Below are positions 54,599 to 64,000 of a stretch of 64,000 bases of DNA, piece by piece. Made by a program: the position numbers and the translations under genes. The notes below the pieces were generated by a model. The model saw nothing but the letters and a program-made list of their open reading frames with translations, did no database searches and was not told where the DNA came from. The first letter of the stretch is position 1. Each line of letters starts with the position of its first letter. Source of the DNA: Eledone cirrhosa (taxonomy: Eukaryota); NCBI GenBank assembly GCA_964016885.1, contig OZ024756.1, positions 38,874,001 through 38,938,000 of the forward strand. The letters run 5' to 3'.

Positions 54599-56516
54599 AG
54601 AGAGAGTTTGTGACAAGAAAGCGAAGACATAACTATTGGTGTGAAATTACGTTGACACCATTATCATCAGCATCACTATTGTCTTCACTATTATTAATAT
54701 TATTGATATTATTATCAGCATTAAATTATTTTTTAAATTATTATTACTATTATTATTACAAACATAGCATTAGTAAATTAGTAATTAGTTTATTACCAAG
54801 CTGTTTCTATATTAAAAAAAAACGTTTTTCTTTTAGTCCGTTCCACTGAAAAAAAAAAACTGGAATCAGGTATTCATAATATAATACATAAGTCGTAAAT
54901 ATATTTGTTTAATCTTACGCAATACAATTTTGTAAATGCTTAAAAAAATTACTAAGTGGAATTCCCTATGATAATTGAATCATCGATATGCCTGTGCTCT
55001 GTATGTGTGAAGTTCCATCACTTCAATCTTATTACTGTTGTATAAAGCTGTTCGATATTTTTTTTTCTTAGCCTGCTACCATTTTCATATAAACATTGCA
55101 GTCAATTTGCATTCGATTTTTTTTCCTCTCTTCTCTCTCTTATCGCCTTCTTTCTTCTCTCAGTGGTTAACATCTAATGTTAATCGTATTTTAAAACTAC
55201 ACGCTTCCGATTCTCTTGTCATCTCTGTCCATTGTTGTTATTCCCTAATTTTCTGAAGAAAGAATAATAAGAAATCCTTTACGTATTCGTTCGTCGCAAT
55301 CTCTGTCGTGAATTAGTCTTCCGTCTATTTTATATTTTATTATATATAATTGATCTTATGTCAAGGGACAAAAAAACAAAAAAATCCTAAAAAGAAAAAA
55401 AATTGGTATCTTGTTTGGCAAACGTATGTAGTTTTATTTTATCTCATTTGCATTTTTCGGTGACAATTGAAATTCATCAATTTTTTTTTTTTTTGTGGGT
55501 TCTTGAAAACTTTTGTTGCAAGTCATAAGACTAGCCACTGTCTATATATACTTTAGAGAAAAATGATGGGGACATTATATTTCCGTTATGTCAGTTCACC
55601 ATCTCAGATGGAAAATATAAGGCTGTGGTTTGCCTACTGGCTATCAGTATTTGCAGTGGACAAACTCTTTCTCATTTACCGCGAACTACATTTGCTTATG
55701 ACAGTTGCTGCAGCTGACCTAGTTTATACGGTGTCAGTCAGACGACTGACCATAGGATATAGGGTTCGTATACCATCACTGTCGCATCCTCTCAAATCTG
55801 ATAGATAGAAATAAGAAGTGCCATGCTCTTAGTACAGTTCACTGTGATCTCTATACCATCCAGTCGGTTATGGGATTTAGGGAAAGCAGTTCTTACAAAT
55901 AGAATTTTGATTTTTTTGTTTGTTTTTCTTTAGTACATCAATAGTAGTAAAAACGAAGTGACGATCGAAGGTGCCTTGCAGTATTTATTTATTTATTTAT
56001 TTACGTCCCTTCGTACTAACTTAGTTCGAATCCCGTTGAGTTGCCTTTACATTTCAATTAATCAGGGATCGATAAAAATAATTAACAGTCAAGTACTGGG
56101 GTCGATTTAATTGACCAAACCCTGCTTCAAATTGGTGGGTGGCGTAGTGCCAGCTACAGACATTATACGGCCAGTTGAGTGACTACTTCCCTCTCTCGAT
56201 TCACTGTCTTATACCCGTTCTTACTTTATAAACTAACAAATACCTGTCAAGCAGTGATTGAATAAAATTGCTTGTACTCATTCCCAACATATGGGACCCC
56301 AATAAGATTTTAATTAATGATCATGACGATGATGGTGACGAAGCTTCATTAATTACATAATTATTGACTTTGGCAACGTTGAGATCTAATTAAACAATGA
56401 AAGCAAAAGTTAGTTTTCCTTAAAATTTACCATAATTAATTAATACTATAACACTATATATAATTTAGAGGAACATAAAACAGCTGCCTCTCTCTAGATT
56501 TACTACAATTGATATA

Positions 56517-56570
<54 letters not shown>

Positions 56571-56975
56571 TGTATATATATACACTGTATATATATATTA
56601 ATATATTAGAGAGTTGGAGCCCGACAGCTGAGCTCTATCCCAAGTATTGAGCATTCTGCTGAATAAGAGTCTTACTAGTTTAAAACTGGTAAAACCCTGA
56701 TGTATATATATATGTACATATATATATATGTAATGTATATATAACGGGAAGCAGACGTTAACATGACAATGATAAATGATGATATATATATATACAGGAT
56801 GTACCAAAAAAATATATACACACTTATTAGATTGCTGTTAAAGTATGTATACATTTTTTAGGACAATCTGTATATATATATAATTGCTTCTACTTTTGGC
56901 ACAAGGCCAGCAATAACCCAGTACATTACTGGTACTTTATTTTATCGACCCCCGTAAGAATGAAAGGCAAAGTTA

Positions 56976-58320
56976 TAGCTACCTCCCGGCCTTCGCCCTG
57001 GTCTGTACTGTGCTCAAATCTATTCATAAGGCACCTATTGTCATCTGTCGTAATGCCCATTTTCCTTAGAATAAAAATGCTAAAAGGTATTTAAATATTG
57101 CATAAGATAATTAAAAAAAATTTAGTTAAAATATCTAAATACAGAAAATAATAGAAAAATGTATTCTACGAAAATTATGAAACATTTACAGAACTTCGAT
57201 ATATACAATGTTTGTAACTTTTTCCTTTGGAGCATATATGAAGAGTTTGTGGGGTGTTCCTAGTCTGGAATAACCTACATACAATGGACCATATGAGAAA
57301 CAGCCCTCTTCTAGATGGGTTTGACCTTGGGACTTATTAATGGTCATTGCATAACTGACTCTCACTGAGAATTGCAATCATTTGAAACGAAAGGGAGACA
57401 TCTGTTGGTATTAGCGGTATTCTAGGTATAAATACAATGTCTCCCTTACCACAGCCAGTGAGGATTTTGGCTGTAGTTCAGTCACAACCATACATGTCCC
57501 ATTGCACAATCTTGGTTGATCCAGGTTTCTGAGAAGCATGGTGACTGTGCTCTTCCTCAATTCAAGGTTGTGTGACAGTATACTTGACAGTTCCGGACTG
57601 TTGACAAATTCAACGGTTTAATTAACAGCTTTGTCCTCATCAACAACTTTGTCGATAGATTTATACGTCTGGCTTCCTCCAGGGAGCATTTGTGAGCGAT
57701 TTTGTTGATGGCATTCACTGTGAAGTTTTTGTGGGGCAAGGATTGCTCTTTCACACAGCCACTCCTCATTGGAATGCTGGATTTGGACATTGAGGAACAC
57801 TTAATTAACCTTATAACGCTTTCCACAACAGTACAAAATGATGAAGGATCAAAACATCCTTCAGTATCAAGGGATTGCATTTCTATATACATTTAAATGG
57901 GTGAGAGGCGTTTATATCCGTAACTCCGTGTGTGCCTCTTCCTTTCTGTCTCTGTTATTCACACTGAAGAAATCTCTGAAGCTGGGAGAATCCGAGAGTT
58001 CTGTCCTGGCCCCCAGTTGAAAACACACGCCAAAAACCTAGGAAAACAAAATTTTCTTCATGATCCCCAGTGGGTGGTTTTCTATAAATTTAAATGACTG
58101 AGAAGTGCTTATCTGTAATTCTGAGGGTCCTCTTCACTCCATGCCTCTGTTCACAGAAAAAGGAGCCGTTGTCGAGTGAATCTGATGTCAGATCATTCAA
58201 AACCCTAGAAAAATCTTCCCCCATTCCGTTTTTGGAAAATAAGTCGACAGTGATCTTGTTGTAGGTCAAATTAGATGTAAACACACAAAAAAACCTTAAT
58301 TATTATCAATTTATAAATGC
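56976..58320 (-). mobile_element. Internally deleted, decayed Helitron
   Basis: Minus-strand Pif1-type helicase remnants WLCERAILAP (~57750) and QFSVRVSYAMTINKSQGQT...FSYGPLYVGYSRL...NIVYIEVL (57186-57377), frameshifted; GC-rich subterminal hairpin ~56985-57002 followed by CTA. The 5' boundary is approximate. Confidence 0.8.
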
Positions 58321-59079
58321 ATATATATATATATATCATCTTCATTTTAATGTCTGCTTTCCCTGCTAGCAAGGGTTGGTCAGTCTGCATAGACCAAATC
58401 AATACTGAAGTGGGGCTACTAACCTCTCAGACAGCCCAGGGGTCTGCATCTCGCTTACATAGGTCTCACGGCACCTGCACTACCACCTTACAGGGTGAAC
58501 TGGGTGGTTATCATCATGGCATTAACATTCCCACCTTACAGGGTGGACTGTGGTTTTCATCATGGCACCAGCACTACAACCTTACAGGGGGGACTGAATG
58601 GTTTTCGACATGGCACTAGCACTTCCACTTGACAGCGTGACTTGGGTGGTTTTATCATGGTACCAACACTACCTCATTACAATACTAGGGTACTCACCAT
58701 CCTTGTTCAGACTAGGGAGGTATTGATAAAAGTAGATGGTGTATAAATGGAAATGGTGTAGGGTGTATGGTACTTTCTGATCAAAGAGGGTAGAGAAGTG
58801 TCCAGTTAGGTGGGGGAGGTGAATCAGACAAACTTTATCCTAGCTTTCCACTCTAGCATGTGTTGGATGAGGAAGGGAAGATAGGAAAGTTGGGTGTATA
58901 CTGGCAGGTGTGGCCCTGAAAGTTGTTTACTTCTCTGTTTCTTCAGGTTTAGGGTGGAGTTGGAAGAACACTGGTATGTGGAGACCATCTTCTCTCTCCT
59001 CATTTCATCCCACTTGCATGGGAAGGTGAGTTTTCTACAGTACGGCATGTCACCAGTTAAATTCAATCGTAGGTTGTCT

Positions 59080-59560
59080 CCTTTGTAAGGTTCAGCTGCG
59101 TGAGGTTGGTCTTCACCCCATCATCCCAAGTTTTCATTGGTCTTCTCCTTCTATAGTTTCTTTTGACTTTGAGTACTCTACATTTCTTTATGCAGCTGTC
59201 ATCCTTCATATGTGTTACATATCCATACCATCACAGTCTCCTCTCCTCCACACTGCAAGCAATGTCTCATTTGCCCAGTTTTTCTCTCAGCTCATTGATG
59301 CTTTGTTGCTCATGTATACTAACTACTATTACACATCCATCAGAGTATACTCTCTTCATTCTTTCCAGTCTTTATTAGTTTTATGTATGTAAAACCCAAA
59401 TCATTTGCACACAAGTATCAAACAATCTGCCTTTCACTCTGAAGGAGTGACCTTTTATAGCCAGTAGTGGAAGTAGCTGCATTAACTTTTTCCTACAGTT
59501 CCTCACTCTGGCCACTGTCCTTTCAGAACACCTACACTTGCTAATATGGTTCCCCCCAGG
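59080..59560 (-). mobile_element. Decayed RTE-clade LINE C-terminal fragment
   Basis: Reverse complement reads ..VARVR..KKLMQLLPLL..RVKGRLFDTCV.. and ..EERRL*WYGYVTHMKDDSCIKKC..RRPMKTWD.., typical of an RTE ORF2 end. Confidence 0.6.
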
Positions 59561-59919
59561 CAGCAGAAGCTGTAAATTATCTCTAGGAATCTATCTAAAC
59601 ATTTGACAAGGCTTGTGCTGCTCATCTACATGTCCATCTGTTGTATACAAAGCCTACATTCTTTGCTAGCCTGTCTCAGATCCCACTACATATCTTGTGT
59701 ACCAGTAGCTTATATTTTGTACTGGGATTTCTATCTACTCCTTTCCTGCATACCAAACAAGGCCAGTTCCCTAAAGGAATCAGGGACCTGTTTTCTTTTT
59801 TACTTGCTAAGACTCTAGTTTTGCTAGGTTGACTCTGAAACCTTTAGATTCCAGGTTTTGCTTCCTTGTCTGGAATTATTTCTTTAATTCTGCCACAGAT
59901 TAGGCTATGAGGATATATA

Positions 59920-60262
59920 GCATAGATAGTGATGCAGGCTGCCTGTACATCAGAGAGAGCCATCACAAACAGCAGTGGCCCTAAGACAGTTCTAAGTGGG
60001 ACACTTCAGTATTAATGTTTACTTTGAGAGGGTTCCATTGGCTGTGATAGTCTGGCTTTTGCCTTTCAAGAAGTCATGCAGTCACTCTCCTAGTTTTCCA
60101 ACTATACCGAGAATATGTAGTTTGCGACATCATTCTATGATTACCTAACTGAAGCCCCTTTGCAAAGTCAAGATATATTACATCCATGTTTGTTCAGTAC
60201 CCAGTCATAATGTTGTAAAATCTGTGTAAGGTAGCTTCTTCCCAGCTGGAAACCATGCTGAG
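59920..60262 (-). mobile_element. Decayed CR1/L2-type reverse transcriptase fragment
   Basis: Reverse complement reads QHGFQLGRS..., DVIYLDFAK, GIVGKL, VLGPLLF with frameshifts. Confidence 0.72.
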
Positions 60263-60433
60263 TGTTAGTAAACTATTTTACTCTAGGAATGAGATCATTG
60301 TGAAGGTTAAGAGTTCTTTTGACCTTTTGTTTGACAGGTTTTCTAAGGCTGGATATCCTTCCTATCACCAGCCACTTTACAGAGTATACTGGGTGTATTT
60401 ATCATGTAAATCAAATATTGGATATATGTATGT

Positions 60434-60497
<64 letters not shown>

Positions 60498-60557
60498 TAG
60501 GGATCGTAACGTCAAGTTACTGTTGGTTCACAGTTATTCTGTCAACTTATTGTGTAA

Positions 60558-60936
60558 CCCTTTAGCATTTACATTACTCTATATTTACTATTGTATTTTT
60601 GTGGTAAAGGCTTTATCTCACACAATATCAAATCTACGAGATTTTTATGTTATTTATTTTGAGAACAATACCTTAACATTGGTATGGATGGCCAGTTACA
60701 GCTGGTTTGAACAGAAAGAGGTGAGAGAATTCTGGCCGAATATGGCCGGTTTAGATGCTAAAGGGTTAAACCGTCCGTATCTGACCAGAATTCTCCTACC
60801 TCTTTCTGTTCAAACCAATCCTATTCATACCAATGTTAAGGTATCGTTCTCAAAATAAATAACATCAAAATCTCATAGATTTGATACCACAAAAATACAA
60901 TAGTAAGTATAGAGTAATGTAAATGGTAAAGGTTTA
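60558..60936. mobile_element. piggyBac-like MITE (60558-60765) plus adjacent inverted partial copy
   Basis: TIR ccctttagcat / atgctaaaggg, flanks gtaa and ttaa; 60770-60936 is the reverse complement of the same element; an interrupted copy lies at 40242-41152. Confidence 0.7.
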
Positions 60937-61182
60937 AATATATTTGTGGTCAAACCAGAGACAACATATTTGAATGAAACATGAGGATAAACTATAATAT
61001 AAAGCAAATCTTGATAACGTTTAATGTATATATCTTTATTTTGTAGATGTCTTCTGCATTGATCAACACATGTTTAAATGTCCAGCCCCTGTTGAATCGT
61101 TACTGCTGGCAATCCCCTGGGCTAAATATTAGCTTCACTAAAGGGAGTAGTAACGAAAGAAGCGTTGCTCCTTGCCAAAGTT

Positions 61183-64000
61183 ATGCAACAGAAACTCACA
61201 GACCACCTGAAGGTGATTCAACTTAGTGATGAATCGGTGAAGGAAATACTTATTTCTAAATCTGGATCTTCAGCTCTGGACATTAACTTCATTCCAAAAC
61301 CATTTCCACTTGCAGAAGAAAACTGTGAGTTAACAAAATCAATTAATAATATCAGTAATCGAAACGATTTACTTGAAGTCAAAATGGCTGCTGAAAAACA
61401 GTTGACCATTGAAGATCTTATGAAATGCTGCAATTGTCAGGGATATTTTGAAAAAGATCTTTTTGAAACTCATATTATCAGCTGCAAATCTGTGAAACCT
61501 GGTGCTGTTCTTTCTCCAATTGGTCTGTCGAAATCATTAAAAGCAACTAAATCTGTTTCTAAAACTAACTTAACCAAAGACAAACCAATTAATGACTTAC
61601 AGCAATTTAACAGATCATCTACTCAACCAGTTTCAAATTCTGCTGATTCATCTCCAATATCTGTATTAGATTCTTCAGAAGAAGATTGTTGTGTTATTTT
61701 CCAAAATCAAAATGAAATGTATATTAAGGGAAATGGGTTTCCACAAGTGAAACCTAGTTCTTTGCCTGTAGAAGCTGTACAAGAAATTGACACTGGTACC
61801 ACAGAATCACATATTACAAAAGACTTGATTGAAACTGATAAAATTGTTAATAAAACCATTTCTAGAAATAATATTAGGAATGGTATCAAGTCAAATAACA
61901 GTAAAAATTATAGTAATTCTTGTAGGCGGTCAAAAACAAGCAAATATAACAATAAAAATGTGTGGCCCTGTTTGTTTTGTGGTATAACTCAGGCCAAATT
62001 AACACGACACATCCAGTTGAAGCATCGAAATGAAGAGCGTGTGATGAAAGCTCTTCTACTGCCAAAACCACTGCAACGAGATGCTTTCAATAAATTTAAG
62101 AAAGAAGGAATTAACAATGCTGTATCATTTCGAAAATCCCAGAATCACAGTCGCATTGGTAATCTGGTATCTAAAGCGTTCTACAAGAAACTACCGCGGC
62201 CTTGTATTTTCTGTGGGGTGATGCAAACCAATTTAACTCGTCATATCCGATTGAAACATAAAGATGAAATACGGGTTCAAGAGACTGAGCCAAAGATATT
62301 CCAGGAGAATGTCTTTGAGGAAATGAATGAAGATGGCATTAAAAAAGAAAATAGCCAACGCCTATCTGAAAACAAACTGATGAAAACTTCTATTACTGCT
62401 GATCTTGATATTTCAAACCTCCCTGATAATGTTATTTTATGCTGTCCACACTGTAACTATTCTGTACACAGGGATGTCTTATCGCAGCATATGAAGACTT
62501 GCAGATCACTTGCAACTTCAAATGGATCTGTGTTGACATTAGATTTAGCTGCTAAGCAAGGTTGTGAAAGTAATTCTTCTAAACAGAGTTTACATTGCCA
62601 AGTTTCTAGTTTAGATGCAAATTTGGTTAAGGAACAAAATATTTACGGAGCTGGTGTACTAAGGAAGACAAGGTCTAGGAAGAAAGAATTAACAAACATA
62701 TCAGATGTAGTGGATACTAAGTCAACAGGAAATGCTGAAAGTTTGCGATTACCTTCAACTCTTGAGAGAGATTATTTTAATACCAAAGTTTATCCCGATA
62801 ATTTGGAAGGATATTGTGAGGGCGAAGGAAGTGGTTTAGTAGAAGTGTCTTTTTCTGTGAAAAATACAAATCATGAAGATAAATTGAAAGATGTGCTTAA
62901 ATTTAGTGATACTGACTCTATTTATGTGGATAAGATTCTGATTGAGCAAAGCAAAGACAAGGTAACACTGAACTTTGGTAAATCAGATTCTGACCTATAT
63001 AGTAAAACTGAACAGATTCAAAAGAACAAAAACCCTAAAGTTGTTAGTTCAGATTTTGGCCCACTCTATAACAAGTCAGACACTGTTATAATCAAAACTC
63101 CATGTTATAAAGAAAGTCTGAAAGGGTTGCATGCTTCACCTAATTCTAACAACACAAATAATGTCGAAACTGTTGCCTTACCACTTTTTTCTACACCATA
63201 TTCCTCTCAAGATGATAGCAGTTTGCTGAAACAGAAAACAAGTAATTCCCAGAATAGTGATAGTTTAAATGATATCTATTTCCAACATCATCCAGAAGAC
63301 AAAGACATTTCTTTAAAATCATCAAATATAGCCCCTCGGTTTGGTAATGGTCCATACAAGTTACCTTTGGAAAATATTGATGAAAGCAAAACTTACAAAC
63401 GTCCTGCTCGCCCCTGCCCATTTTGTGGAATAATGCAGGCAAAACTTAGTCGTCATATAAAGCTGAAACATAAACACGAAGAATGTGTGAAACGGGCCCT
63501 GAAGTTGCCGCTTCATGAACAACGTAGTGCTTTTAATGAATTCAAACGTGAAGGTATTTTAAAGGAAAATATGCGTAGAATTAACAGCCTTTCTGAATCT
63601 GATTGCCTTATCATAGAGAGAATTCCTTATGGACATACTGTGTGTCCTTATTGTAAAGAATCTCAGCCTAAGGAAGACATTAATCAACATATTGTTACTT
63701 GTAAATCTGCTCCATACTCCCTTGATACTTCCAATCAGCTTTCTAACGATGGAGTACGCTCTGACAATTGTATTACTAAATCTTCTTCCGACAATGTTGA
63801 CATCCAACCATCTTCTTTAGCAGCTATGTCTCCTTCTTCATCAACGTTTGTATCTCTCTCTGAAAGAAATGATGAGAATGATAGTCATTGTGCTGTTATA
63901 GAAAATATCAGTGATTCCCAGGACATAGAAGAGTGCAATTCTGCTGCTCCAGTTAATAGCAAACAAATCAAAACTGTTTTAACTGCATCAGAAGAAGGAG
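61183..64000 (+). CDS. Large exon of an uncharacterised multi-zinc-finger protein (3' incomplete)
   Basis: Acceptor tctttattttgtag at 61046. Frame opens after TAA 61123-61125, first ATG 61183, and I saw no stop to the window end (~939 codons). Contains CLFC..LTRHIQLKH (61969), CIFC..LTRHIRLKH (62203), CPFC..LSRHIKLKH (63415) and CxxC-x11-HxxxC units near 61430, 62443 and 63643. Confidence 0.85.
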   Translation, partial: MQQKLTDHLKVIQLSDESVKEILISKSGSSALDINFIPKPFPLAEENCELTKSINNISNRNDLLEVKMAAEKQLTIEDLMKCCNCQGYFEKDLFETHIISCKSVKPGAVLSPIGLSKSLKATKSVSKTNLTKDKPINDLQQFNRSSTQPVSNSADSSPISVLDSSEEDCCVIFQNQNEMYIKGNGFPQVKPSSLPVEAVQEIDTGTTESHITKDLIETDKIVNKTISRNNIRNGIKSNNSKNYSNSCRRSKTSKYNNKNVWPCLFCGITQAKLTRHIQLKHRNEERVMKALLLPKPLQRDAFNKFKKEGINNAVSFRKSQNHSRIGNLVSKAFYKKLPRPCIFCGVMQTNLTRHIRLKHKDEIRVQETEPKIFQENVFEEMNEDGIKKENSQRLSENKLMKTSITADLDISNLPDNVILCCPHCNYSVHRDVLSQHMKTCRSLATSNGSVLTLDLAAKQGCESNSSKQSLHCQVSSLDANLVKEQNIYGAGVLRKTRSRKKELTNISDVVDTKSTGNAESLRLPSTLERDYFNTKVYPDNLEGYCEGEGSGLVEVSFSVKNTNHEDKLKDVLKFSDTDSIYVDKILIEQSKDKVTLNFGKSDSDLYSKTEQIQKNKNPKVVSSDFGPLYNKSDTVIIKTPCYKESLKGLHASPNSNNTNNVETVALPLFSTPYSSQDDSSLLKQKTSNSQNSDSLNDIYFQHHPEDKDISLKSSNIAPRFGNGPYKLPLENIDESKTYKRPARPCPFCGIMQAKLSRHIKLKHKHEECVKRALKLPLHEQRSAFNEFKREGILKENMRRINSLSESDCLIIERIPYGHTVCPYCKESQPKEDINQHIVTCKSAPYSLDTSNQLSNDGVRSDNCITKSSSDNVDIQPSSLAAMSPSSSTFVSLSERNDENDSHCAVIENISDSQDIEECNSAAPVNSKQIKTVLTASEEG

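Overview
AT-rich, microsatellite-dense animal genomic DNA; the (TA)n load and SINE families suggest an octopus-like cephalopod (inference). Two + strand protein genes are supported. (1) The 3' six exons of a Neto (neuropilin/tolloid-like) gene, 12462-34939, encoding CUB1-CUB2-LDLa-TM-cytoplasmic tail and including a 33-nt micro-exon. All introns are GT-AG with consistent phases; the 5' exons lie upstream of the window. (2) A ~940-codon open frame (61183 to window end), absent from the ORF track, with three CxxC..HxxxxH modules and three CxxC..HxxxC modules. The rest is repeats: two tRNA-headed SINE families, CRE-, Tx1-, RTE- and CR1-like LINE remnants, an internally deleted Helitron, several MITEs and satellites, two of which derive from transposon ends. 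The most striking signal is a set of short modules embedded in (TA)n tracts that carry hammerhead-ribozyme cores and are often fold-back palindromes, the signature of Penelope-like element termini or retrozyme-like elements. One complete hammerhead occurs twice, in inverted orientation, in a Neto intron. Almost all supplied ORFs are microsatellite artefacts. Coordinates were counted by eye and repeat boundaries are approximate.
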